Part shown: positions 1-8,014 of the stretch, one piece after another
Numbering within the stretch: the stretch's first letter is position 1
Layout: every line of letters starts with the position of its first letter
From: an uncultured Flavobacteriales bacterium
Lineage (GTDB): Bacteria > Bacteroidota > Bacteroidia > AKYH767-A > 2013-40CM-41-45
Assembly (NCBI GenBank): GCA_964356415.1
Contig: CAYHHK010000009.1
Coordinates: 1-54,543 of the forward strand
Direction: 5' to 3'
DNA: 54,543 nucleotides
Translations under genes and position numbers: made by a program
Notes under the pieces: model-generated
Databases searched by the model: none
Told to the model about the DNA's origin: nothing
The model's input: only the letters and a program-made list of their open reading frames with translations

Positions 1-1
1 T

Positions 2-151
2 GATTATTTTCAGATTGTATCCACCGGTAGAATCTCATGTTCCAAACCAAATCTGTTAAATATACCTTCACACGGTATTTTAGCAACTCAAATTCGTGCA
101 GCATTTGTTGCAAAACCCGGTTACAAATATGTAGGCGGAGATTACAGTGGT
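2..151 (+). CDS. Family A DNA polymerase, exon 1 (5' end truncated by window edge)
   Basis: Frame 2 translates to DYFQIVSTGRISCSKPNLLNIPSHGILATQIRAAFVAKPGYKYVGGDYSG. This matches the PolA TGRLSSxxPNLQNIP block and the first half of motif A (DYS). The frame then runs into a stop at 209-211. Confidence 0.85.
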
Positions 152-173
152 AGAAGAAAAATTGGCATGACTA

Positions 174-204
174 TTGGATTTTACAATGAAATGTTGTATC
201 TTTG
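174..204 (+). promoter_or_regulatory. Candidate promoter inside intron 1, upstream of the homing endonuclease ORF
   Basis: TTGGAT (174-179), a 17-nt spacer, then TATCTTTG (197-204), followed by TAA. The -7 box TATCTTTGTAA is identical to the one in the minus-strand promoter at 45167-45174. Confidence 0.3.
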
Positions 205-222
205 TAATTAAATATCAATAAC

Positions 223-1188
223 ATGCGTAAAGTAGACACACAACAAGTTTTAGACGATTACAGTAAAATTAAAAATTACGATAAGGTGGCAGTATTACAC
301 AACGTATCTCCAGGTGTTATAAAACGTCTTTTAAATAGTAGAGGAATTCAATTACAAGACTGCTATAAAAAACGTTATGACTGGGATTATATTCTTCAAG
401 AATATACCAAAGGCCGTACTATAAAAAGTATAGCATTGGAGTTGGGTACATTTAATACATCGATTCGTAGATATTTTTTAAGACATGGTATTATACCAAG
501 AGATTCTTCAGAAGCAACAGCAGTAGTGAAATTACCTATATTTTCGAATTTGACAGAAGAAGCCCAGTATTGGTTGGGTTTTATTATGGCAGATGGTAAT
601 ATATCTACTATTAATAATGCAATTGCAGTTACTACTGCTGAAAAGGATTTAGAACATCTTAAAAAATACGCTGCATTTGTAGGTGTAAAAGTCATGTCAG
701 TTTATAATAAACGATTTGATTTAACGGAATATAGAGTACAATTTGCTAACAAACGTATAAAAGAATGGATGATTTCTATTGGTATTACACCAAAAAAATC
801 TCATACTCTTAAATTAACTATTCCATTAACAACTCACATGTTTCGTGGAGTGCTTGATGGAGATGGTTACGTAAGCAAAAAAGGCCTTATAGAAATTGCA
901 ACAGCATCTCCGCATTTTCGATTACAGCTTCTAAATTTCTTAGCAGATCGCGGTATTCATACAACTGATAGTATTTATCCTGCAAAAAATCAGAGTTTAC
1001 TATTTATGATTCGTGTAAGTACGCGATCAGAATGTTTAAAATTATATAATTTACTTTACAAAGATGCCTCTATTTTTCTTGAAAGAAAGAAAAACAGATT
1101 ATGCCCCAAACCTGCGAAAACAGGTGTGTGCAACATCGTCAAAGTCGGTGAAACCTGGCACGGTAATACCGAACTAAGCCTTAGTTAA
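223..1188 (+). CDS. LAGLIDADG homing endonuclease (double-motif), intron-encoded
   Basis: Two LAGLIDADG motifs are present: WLGFIMADGNIS and FRGVLDGDGYVS. The N-terminal part has HTH-like repeats. The ORF is AT-rich compared with the flanking polymerase exons. Confidence 0.85.
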   Translation: MRKVDTQQVLDDYSKIKNYDKVAVLHNVSPGVIKRLLNSRGIQLQDCYKKRYDWDYILQEYTKGRTIKSIALELGTFNTSIRRYFLRHGIIPRDSSEATAVVKLPIFSNLTEEAQYWLGFIMADGNISTINNAIAVTTAEKDLEHLKKYAAFVGVKVMSVYNKRFDLTEYRVQFANKRIKEWMISIGITPKKSHTLKLTIPLTTHMFRGVLDGDGYVSKKGLIEIATASPHFRLQLLNFLADRGIHTTDSIYPAKNQSLLFMIRVSTRSECLKLYNLLYKDASIFLERKKNRLCPKPAKTGVCNIVKVGETWHGNTELSLS

Positions 1189-1278
1189 ATTTAAGGAAAG
1201 CGTAGAGACTGGACGGCGATGCCCTAAGTTCAATTTGAATATGGGTAAGGTACAGTCCAAAAGGAAGAAAACCTTTTG

Positions 1279-1980
1279 ATGGAACTTAGAATAATAGCAG
1301 AATTTGCTAATGATCCCCTTTGGGATCAGGTGTTTTTAGAAGATGGTGATTTACATTCAGTGCTTTGTTGTAAAGTTTTCAACATTGGGCTGGATCAGGT
1401 AAAAGATCCCTTTCCACTTAAACCTGATCTTAAATACAGAGACGTTCAGAAAACTTTAAATTTTGGCATAAGTTACGGAATGTCAAGGTTTAAGCTTGCA
1501 GACACTTTAGATATTACCGATAATGCGGCTCAAGTTATTATTGATGATTTCTTTGCGGTGGTTCCTAGAGTAAAGGGGTTTTTAACTCTACTCGGTAACA
1601 TGGGGAAAAGTCGCGGATTTATTAGAAGTGCGCCGCCTTATAGGCGTGTAAGATGGTTTCCAAAATGGGATCCGGATTATATGGATGATATCGTTTTAGG
1701 CGAAATTGAGCGCGCATCGAAAAATATGCCAATTCAGGGTTCAAATGCGGATGTAATCAAGTTGGCACTCTGCACGGTTCAGGATTACATCGAAAAGCAT
1801 AACTGCCCGGTTCAAATCAAACTTAGCATTTATGACGAGATTCAGACTGAATGCCGGGAAGATTTTGCTGAAGAGTGGAAGATTACCCTGGAAAGGTTAA
1901 TGATTGAATGCGCTGAAACGATTATTAAACGCATCCCGATTAAGGTGGATGTGAGTATTAACGATTTTTGGTGTAAATAA
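1279..1980 (+). CDS. Family A DNA polymerase, exon 2 (C-terminal palm and fingers)
   Basis: MELRIIAEFANDP completes motif A. RDVQKTLNFGISYGMS is motif B (K..NFG.iYG). PIQGSNADVIK and YDEIQTEC correspond to motif C (HDE). Confidence 0.9.
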   Translation: MELRIIAEFANDPLWDQVFLEDGDLHSVLCCKVFNIGLDQVKDPFPLKPDLKYRDVQKTLNFGISYGMSRFKLADTLDITDNAAQVIIDDFFAVVPRVKGFLTLLGNMGKSRGFIRSAPPYRRVRWFPKWDPDYMDDIVLGEIERASKNMPIQGSNADVIKLALCTVQDYIEKHNCPVQIKLSIYDEIQTECREDFAEEWKITLERLMIECAETIIKRIPIKVDVSINDFWCK

Positions 1981-1989
1981 ATTTGAAGT

Positions 1990-2472
1990 ATGAAAAAAAT
2001 TATATTAACGCAAAATAAAGTTGCTCTTATAGATGACGATATGTTTGATAGAGTAAACTATTTTAAATGGTGCGTAGATAAAACTAGAAATACTTTTTAT
2101 GCTAAATCTTCATTACCTGGGTATGTTTCATTGCGTATGCATCAATTAGTTATGGGAATGCCATCTTCTGATGTAGATATAGACCACGCTGATGGTAATG
2201 GTTTAAATAATCAAAAGTTTAATTTACGTCAAACTACTCGTCAACAAAATCAACGTAATCAAAATAAAGCAAAAGGTTGTTCTAGCCAGTATAAAGGTGT
2301 GTGTTGGCATAAACCTAATCAGTTATGGGTAGCACACATTAATATAAATTACAAGAGCAAACATTTAGGTTGTTTTGCACTTGAGGAAGAAGCGGCTTTG
2401 GCATATAATGAAGCCGCTTTAAAATTATTTGGAGAGCATGCTAAACTTAATACTCTTATAAACATAAACTAA
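1990..2472 (+). CDS. HNH-AP2 homing endonuclease (free-standing)
   Basis: An HNH_3-like block DHADGNGLNNQKFNLRQTTRQQNQRN is followed by an AP2 domain, YKGVCWHKPNQLWVAHININYKSKHLGCFALEEEAALAYNEAA. The ORF is AT-rich. Confidence 0.8.
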   Translation: MKKIILTQNKVALIDDDMFDRVNYFKWCVDKTRNTFYAKSSLPGYVSLRMHQLVMGMPSSDVDIDHADGNGLNNQKFNLRQTTRQQNQRNQNKAKGCSSQYKGVCWHKPNQLWVAHININYKSKHLGCFALEEEAALAYNEAALKLFGEHAKLNTLININ

Positions 2473-2676
2473 ATGAAAGCAGTAGCAATTTTAAGAAAAA
2501 TAGATAACGGAATAATTGTCGAAAATAAAGGCAAGTCAAATTATTACCCAACTATCCACGAGGCGATAAAAGGATTATTTGCTGTAACTGAAGAAATTGT
2601 ATTTCAGTTTGGTAATAAAACAGAGACTCTTATCGAAGTCGAATTATCGGAAGTTGTTCATAGCGAATCAAACTAA
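2473..2676 (+). CDS. Hypothetical protein (67 aa)
   Basis: The ORF abuts the upstream stop (TAAATG) and fits the tight plus-strand gene packing. No motif was recognised. Confidence 0.55.
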   Translation: MKAVAILRKIDNGIIVENKGKSNYYPTIHEAIKGLFAVTEEIVFQFGNKTETLIEVELSEVVHSESN

Positions 2677-2685
2677 AATTTAGTA

Positions 2686-3288
2686 ATGGAAACTCCAAAA
2701 ACTCTAATCGAAGAACACTTTACCTGGTATTTGGATGAATTGCAAGCTGGCGGATTTATTTCTGGCTATTTGTTTCACCCGGAAACCTTTGAACTAAACG
2801 ACGCACATTATTATAATGTGTCAACACCGAGGAAGCGGGGTGACGGGGTTATTACCAAATCATATTCGTTAATTCCAATCTTTCACTATACTCCGGATTT
2901 TAAAGTTTTTTGGACACCGCTGGGAGTTAACCGGTTTTGCAAGGATCTTTTTAATCCATCCATGGACAGAACCAAACCATTCTTTGCGCAAGGTTCGTTG
3001 TTAGACCTCACGGATCAGGTTTCCTGGATTGACACCAAAAGTGTTGTCTGTGCAAAATTTGCCAAGCAGGAAGGCATCTACAAATTTCCCATGAAGCAAA
3101 TGCTGATGTGGGATAGGCATCAAATCTTTATCAACAAAACGATTGTTCCTACTATTTTCAAGAACACGTTTACTCCGCAGCGGTATTTATTTACCGATGT
3201 TTCAATGAAGCCCCGTAAGGGCAAAGCCGTCGATTACGACATTCGTTCACTATTTCAATACACAACACCAATTACTACCAATGGATAA
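2686..3288 (+). CDS. Putative PD-(D/E)XK-fold nuclease
   Basis: HYTPDFKVFW (compare YTPDF of T7 endonuclease I-type nucleases) is followed about 50 aa later by WIDTKS, a (D/E)xK motif. The call rests on these motifs only. Confidence 0.4.
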   Translation: METPKTLIEEHFTWYLDELQAGGFISGYLFHPETFELNDAHYYNVSTPRKRGDGVITKSYSLIPIFHYTPDFKVFWTPLGVNRFCKDLFNPSMDRTKPFFAQGSLLDLTDQVSWIDTKSVVCAKFAKQEGIYKFPMKQMLMWDRHQIFINKTIVPTIFKNTFTPQRYLFTDVSMKPRKGKAVDYDIRSLFQYTTPITTNG

Positions 3289-3460
3289 CCTGATTATACA
3301 GTTCCCGGACAGTGAGCCTTGCCTGGAATGCATTCACGGCTTGAATATCGTTGAAGCTGAAGAACAGAAAGCCGGAATGAGATTCCCGGCCATCGTGTGT
3401 CGTAAAGATCAACGCGTATCATTTACCTGTAATTTATCTGAACCCCGGTTTAATGAATGA
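3281..3460 (+). CDS. Small Cys-containing hypothetical protein (59 aa)
   Basis: The ATG at 3281 overlaps the upstream stop, and the stop overlaps the next start. The sequence has CLEC...C...C spacing. It is below the ORF-track size cutoff and was translated by hand. Confidence 0.3.
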   Translation: MDNLIIQFPDSEPCLECIHGLNIVEAEEQKAGMRFPAIVCRKDQRVSFTCNLSEPRFNE

Positions 3461-3893
3461 AAGTGCGATACCCTGTAGTGTCTGGGTAGCATTGGGGCTG
3501 ACCCCTTATTGGAAGGGTGTATTTAGCAACAAAATCAAGATGATAAAAGTCATGGAGGATTTATGCCAGCTTTACAAGGTCGACACTACATTTATTTTAA
3601 ACACCAAGGCCAGGTCTGGCCAGGATGTTTCGGTTAGATACCTTATTATTTTTTTGCTCTTTATTACCACGGATGTAACATACGAAGAAACGGCAGCGTT
3701 GTTTAATTATACGACAATGGCGGGTGCTTATGGCGCAGTGCAGGCTGGCGCATCACGATTCAAATTCGCGAAGCAGAAGGCTGCCATTGCTAAACAGTAT
3801 GCTTACTACAATGGTATGAAGGTACATAACAGTAAAAGAGCGTTGAAAATAGGTAAGTTATTTATAACGGAAATGGATAACTATATAATATAA
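3453..3893 (+). CDS. Hypothetical protein, possible DnaA C-terminal-like HTH
   Basis: ARSGQDVSVRYLIIFLLFITTDVTYEETAALFNYTTMAGAYGAVQAG loosely resembles the DnaA domain IV pattern (R..a.yL.r.....s...ig..f....h..v). Confidence 0.5.
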   Translation: MNESAIPCSVWVALGLTPYWKGVFSNKIKMIKVMEDLCQLYKVDTTFILNTKARSGQDVSVRYLIIFLLFITTDVTYEETAALFNYTTMAGAYGAVQAGASRFKFAKQKAAIAKQYAYYNGMKVHNSKRALKIGKLFITEMDNYII

Positions 3894-3979
3894 AAAATTA
3901 CACTTTGTTTCGGATTTTATTCGTAAATTTGTTCTACGAATTACAAATAACATCCGTCACATTACAAACCACTTTTTCG

Positions 3980-4261
3980 ATGGATGATAACTCAAAAGAA
4001 ATATTGCTGGAAATCGCTGACCCCAAAGTTGCCAAAAGACAACCCGGGGATAACCGTCGCCAGAAAAGTATCCCGGAGCATATCCTTCGATTAGGGGATG
4101 TTTCCAAAAAGATACCAATCAGGCTGAATTCGAATACAATTGTCAGTGTCACCAGGTTTACCAGTACGACGCTTGCAGAATTGGCGCACAAATATAAGAA
4201 TCGTGTTTATAATCTCAAACCAGAACTCCTCGATGCAAAATTCACAGTTAAGCCTAATTGA
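3980..4261 (+). CDS. Hypothetical protein
   Basis: This ORF lies within track ORF 3905..4261. The first ATG (MDDNSKEILLE) is at 3980. No motif was recognised. Confidence 0.45.
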   Translation: MDDNSKEILLEIADPKVAKRQPGDNRRQKSIPEHILRLGDVSKKIPIRLNSNTIVSVTRFTSTTLAELAHKYKNRVYNLKPELLDAKFTVKPN

Positions 4262-5537
4262 TCTGCGCCAACAGGTTCATTCGGATGCGGCTTTTGCATT
4301 GGAAAAGAATTTTGGGATTGGCACCCTGAATATAGACACCGGTGTTGGAAAGAGTAAGATTGCTATTGACTTTATCAATCGGCATCCTGAAGTTAAACGT
4401 GTTCTGATCACATCCCCCAGGGAAAATCTGAAGGCTAATTGGGCAACAGAATTATCCAAATGGCTTGACGATATCCGGGAAGTGGTGATTGTGGTCGAAA
4501 ATATCCAAACCTGCTATCGGTGGGAAAATGAGAAGTTTGACTTGATCATCATGGATGAAGTTCACATGATTATGACACCGGAATACATTAAGATTCTGGC
4601 GAATAACACGTTTACTTACATCATCGGTTTAACTGCCACCCTGGATATTAAGGGTAAACTTGAAAAACGCCTGCTTTACTCTGCGCATTGTCCTATTATA
4701 TATAGGTATAATACCGCTGAAGAAGATGGTGTAGTCAATAAGGTGCGTGTGGTGATCATTGAACATACGCTGGATGATAATTTCAAGGTGCTTACCGGCG
4801 GCAAAACGAAGAAATGGTTAGCCGGAGAAGCAAAAACCTATGCCTACATCTCTGAAATGTACGACAGTGCCTTTCAGGGTATGCGCCAGGAAATGCAGCT
4901 TGCCGAATACATCGCCAGTGTAACCAGCGATGACCTTACCCCGGAATTGCAGAATCTTCGGAACCTTTCTGACAATGTTTATGAGATGGCAAATCAGTGG
5001 GGATACAAGGCGCTGGGCAATGTTGCACAAAAAGCTGCAGCAATGAAGTATATGCAGGCAATGATGATTCGCAAAAACTTCTTGCTTAATCTTTCTTCCA
5101 CGCAGGCAATTGCAACAAAGATTTGCCAACGCCTTTTGAAGAACCCGGCAAATAAAATTCTGGTTTTTAGTGAACTCACTGCGCAGGCTGATAAAATCTC
5201 GGCACACACAGTTCACAGTAAAAACCATCCACGAGTAAACACGAAGAACATCCAGGATTTTAATGATGGAGATATTCGCCAACTCGGATCCTGCTACTCA
5301 CTCACTCTCGGATTAAATCTCTCTGCTGCCAATATTGGGATTTTCGAAAGTTTTATGAGTAGTGACACCAAATCTATGCAACGCATAGGCAGACTACACC
5401 GATTACCAAACAGCGATGAAGCTATTTTATATGTCATCAAAGTCATGAATACCCAATCGGAATCGTGGTTCAGCCAATTGTTAAGCACGTATAGCGTCGA
5501 TAAAACTATTGATTCACTCTTAATTCTTAACGCATGA
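4233..5537 (+). CDS. Superfamily 2 (DEAD/DEAH-like) helicase
   Basis: Motifs seen are Walker A DTGVGKS, motif II IIMDEVH, motif III GLTATL and motif VI QRIGRLHR. The likely start is the ATG at 4233 (MQNSQLS) rather than the 4140 start given in the ORF track. Confidence 0.85.
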   Translation: MQNSQLSLIDLRQQVHSDAAFALEKNFGIGTLNIDTGVGKSKIAIDFINRHPEVKRVLITSPRENLKANWATELSKWLDDIREVVIVVENIQTCYRWENEKFDLIIMDEVHMIMTPEYIKILANNTFTYIIGLTATLDIKGKLEKRLLYSAHCPIIYRYNTAEEDGVVNKVRVVIIEHTLDDNFKVLTGGKTKKWLAGEAKTYAYISEMYDSAFQGMRQEMQLAEYIASVTSDDLTPELQNLRNLSDNVYEMANQWGYKALGNVAQKAAAMKYMQAMMIRKNFLLNLSSTQAIATKICQRLLKNPANKILVFSELTAQADKISAHTVHSKNHPRVNTKNIQDFNDGDIRQLGSCYSLTLGLNLSAANIGIFESFMSSDTKSMQRIGRLHRLPNSDEAILYVIKVMNTQSESWFSQLLSTYSVDKTIDSLLILNA

Positions 5538-5761
5538 GTAATGCCGACAGATTATCTCAACTTGACCTGATAATAGGCTTGGTTGAAGAGCAATTCGGAA
5601 AGCAGAATTCTTACGAGATTCTTTTGGAAAGAATTAATGAAGAATTCCCCCAGTACGAATTCACCATGGATGACATGACGGATTTGTTTTACTACAGCAT
5701 GGAAGTGGATGAAATAATTCGCATGAACGCAAACTCAAACATCTACCATGGAGAGCAATAA
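5534..5761 (+). CDS. Hypothetical protein (75 aa)
   Basis: It has an ATGA start/stop overlap with the helicase gene. The sequence is acidic. Confidence 0.6.
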   Translation: MSNADRLSQLDLIIGLVEEQFGKQNSYEILLERINEEFPQYEFTMDDMTDLFYYSMEVDEIIRMNANSNIYHGEQ

Positions 5762-6377
5762 AACACAGATCACCATCATACCTTTTCAAAAGGTAGTTGC
5801 AGCACGCTTAACCGTCACTGATTTTGTACTTCTTAACCTTATTTATGAGAAAAATTATGCCCTGCTGAAAGCGTATGTTGAATATGCCTATGCAGATACC
5901 CAGAGTGCCATTACTGATCTTCAGCAATTGGAACGCGATGGGTGGTGTAAAATCACCGGCAACAGCCCTCTGGAAACTGTACACATTCGCCAACCCTTCA
6001 TCGAATTGATCACTGAGCCTCTGGAAACAGTAAGCTGGATTGAAGCATATCGAAGATTGTTTGGAAAAGCACGTACTGGTTCCATGGGAGATTCCAAGGG
6101 TGTTACGCAGAAGATGCGCAAGTTCATGGCATCAAACCCGCAATATTCGCCGGATGAGATCATGACTGCAGCGCGTCTCTACATTCAGAAATGCAGCATC
6201 GACAATTACAAGTACATGCAACAGGCGGATTATTTTATCTCGAAGGAAGCTTCGGATAATACCACCAAAAGTAATTTGCTTTCGTATTTGGAACAACTCG
6301 ATGTCCATATTTCTGAAGCGGTAAATCCCGGCGATACAGTCACAAGCATTAACTCTTCCGGCGATGGGGCTTTTTGA
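5748..6377 (+). CDS. Hypothetical protein (209 aa)
   Basis: It overlaps both neighbouring genes within the replication block. No motif was recognised. Confidence 0.6.
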   Translation: MESNKTQITIIPFQKVVAARLTVTDFVLLNLIYEKNYALLKAYVEYAYADTQSAITDLQQLERDGWCKITGNSPLETVHIRQPFIELITEPLETVSWIEAYRRLFGKARTGSMGDSKGVTQKMRKFMASNPQYSPDEIMTAARLYIQKCSIDNYKYMQQADYFISKEASDNTTKSNLLSYLEQLDVHISEAVNPGDTVTSINSSGDGAF

Positions 6378-7539
6378 TGAAGTCATAGCCTCGGTGGACA
6401 GGGGCAGATCAGGACTGAATGAAGGACTTTCCCATGGATTACCCAGGCTGGTTCCGTATATCCCCAACATTCAGATGGGGAGTATCAATTTGATTGCGGG
6501 AATGCCGGGTAGCGGGAAGAGTGCGCTGGCCACATCATCTTTTGTCAATGCGCCTTATGAAGATTTCTTGGTAAATAAGTCCGAGACTTACAAGCTGAAG
6601 ATCATCATCTGGTCAATTGAGATTAACAAGGTGATGTTGTTCACCAAACTGATTTGCAGATATTTATTCTACAAGTACCGGATACTGGTGGACATTAACT
6701 ATGTTCTTTCCCGGGGTGAAAACCGAATCTCGCAGGAGATTTACGACAAGGTTATCGAGGCTCACGATTATTTTGAAGCCTTTGAAGATGTTGTCACGGT
6801 TCTTGGCCCGGATAATCCTACGGGAATCCGTAACACACTGCTAAATTACCTGCGTGAAAATGGGCGTGAAGAATACATTGAAGCCCACGTAGCGCGTAAA
6901 GATGCATTTGGTAATGTGATTCTTGTTGATGGAGAGCCGGTAACTGACGTCAGAATGGTTCACGATAAATTTACTCCTACTCATCCCAATCACTACGTCA
7001 TAGCAATGGTTGACCATGTGGGTATTCTCAAACGTGAACGAGGGTTCAATAAAAAGCAATCCATTGACAAGCTTACCGAATACATGGTAGAAATGGCCAA
7101 CATTCACCGGATCATCCCGGTTCTGGTTCAACAGGTGAACCGTAACAATGAAAACTGGGATCGCCAGAAAGCCGGTGGCACCGACATTCAACTCGGAGAC
7201 TTAAAGGAATCCGGGGATACTGTCGATGCTGCTCATAATGTGATTGCGCTCAACTATCCGCAACGCTTTAATTTACACGAATATCGTGGTTATAATCTGG
7301 ATCGTCTTGCTGACAGAGCCAGGTTTTTATCGGTACTGAAAAACCGCGATGGTAATGCCAACATTCAACTTGGTGCAAAATTTCTCGGTGAAATTGGCGC
7401 ATTTACTGAACTGCCAGATGCTTCGCACATGACAGAACAGGTGTATGCACAACTCGCCTCATATCAAAAATACATTGACCTAAACCAAACCATAAATGAT
7501 AACATTACCAACAGTACCAATAGCGCCAACCAGTTGTAA
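6364..7539 (+). CDS. DnaB-like replicative helicase (RecA-type C-terminal domain)
   Basis: Motifs seen are Walker A GMPGSGKSALA, Walker B VIAMVDHVG, and the blocks ESGDTVDAAHNVIAL and LKNRDGNAN, which are typical of DnaB/gp4-type helicases. Confidence 0.85.
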   Translation: MGLFDEVIASVDRGRSGLNEGLSHGLPRLVPYIPNIQMGSINLIAGMPGSGKSALATSSFVNAPYEDFLVNKSETYKLKIIIWSIEINKVMLFTKLICRYLFYKYRILVDINYVLSRGENRISQEIYDKVIEAHDYFEAFEDVVTVLGPDNPTGIRNTLLNYLRENGREEYIEAHVARKDAFGNVILVDGEPVTDVRMVHDKFTPTHPNHYVIAMVDHVGILKRERGFNKKQSIDKLTEYMVEMANIHRIIPVLVQQVNRNNENWDRQKAGGTDIQLGDLKESGDTVDAAHNVIALNYPQRFNLHEYRGYNLDRLADRARFLSVLKNRDGNANIQLGAKFLGEIGAFTELPDASHMTEQVYAQLASYQKYIDLNQTINDNITNSTNSANQL

Positions 7540-8014
7540 CCCAGCCAGGGTGGTGCTTTATTCTCCACCAAAAATGGGGAAAACAACTTTTGCTTCGCAG
7601 CTTGAGAACAATTTGATTCTTGACCTTGAGGATGGTAGCAACTTCGTTACCGCCCTGAAAGTTAAAATCACTTCTCTCGCTGAACTTGATGATACATGCA
7701 GAGCAATTCTCGCCGCCGGTAAACCATATAAGTATGGAACCGTTGATACCATTTCTCGTCTCGAGTTGTGGTGTGAAGGCGAAGCTACGCAGGATTATAT
7801 GAACAGCGGCATTGGCAAAAGTTTCAACAGAGTTAAATCAACAGGAGCGATTCTACCCAGGCACGAGTGGGAATCAGTACTGACTTTGCCAAATGGTGCC
7901 GGCTACTTTTGGCTTCGTAAATCGTTCAAAATGCGGATAGCACGCCTCCAAACTTGTTTCGAACATCTTATCCTCATCGGGCACATGAAGGATAAGACCA
8001 TTGAAAAACAGGGT
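7496..8014 (+). CDS. Sak4/AAA_24-like RecA-family ATPase, exon 1
   Basis: VVLYSPPKMGKTTFA (P-loop), LILDLEDG, GTVDTISRLE and HLILIGHMKDK match the AAA_24 pattern. Past 8014 the frame continues into intron-derived sequence and reaches a stop at 8054-8056. Confidence 0.75.

Larger units (their letters stand above)
152..1278 (+). mobile_element. Group I intron interrupting DNA polymerase motif A, carrying a LAGLIDADG homing endonuclease ORF
   Basis: Joining t151 to a1279 restores DYSG|MELRIIAEF (compare T7 DASGLELRC, E. coli DYSQIELRI). There is a U at -1 and a G at the intron 3' end (g1278). A P7-like pairing is GACTG 1207-1211 with CAGTC 1253-1257. A P9-like hairpin AAAAGG 1259-1264 / CCTTTT 1272-1277 lies just before the terminal G. 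The host frame contains stops, so this is not an intein. Confidence 0.7.

Noticed and set aside
152-1278. The LAGLIDADG insertion in the polymerase could be an intein.
   Set aside because: After DYSG the polymerase frame continues for only 19 codons before a stop at 209-211. The endonuclease ORF is in a different frame and has its own ATG. The 3' end has P7- and P9-like pairings and a terminal G, which fit a group I intron.
3905-4232. The ORF track gives long N-terminal extensions, with starts at 3905 and 4140.
   Set aside because: Those starts are non-ATG or add hydrophobic or basic junk sequence that overlaps the upstream gene. The internal ATGs at 3980 and 4233 give compact genes, and the helicase motifs begin shortly after 4233.
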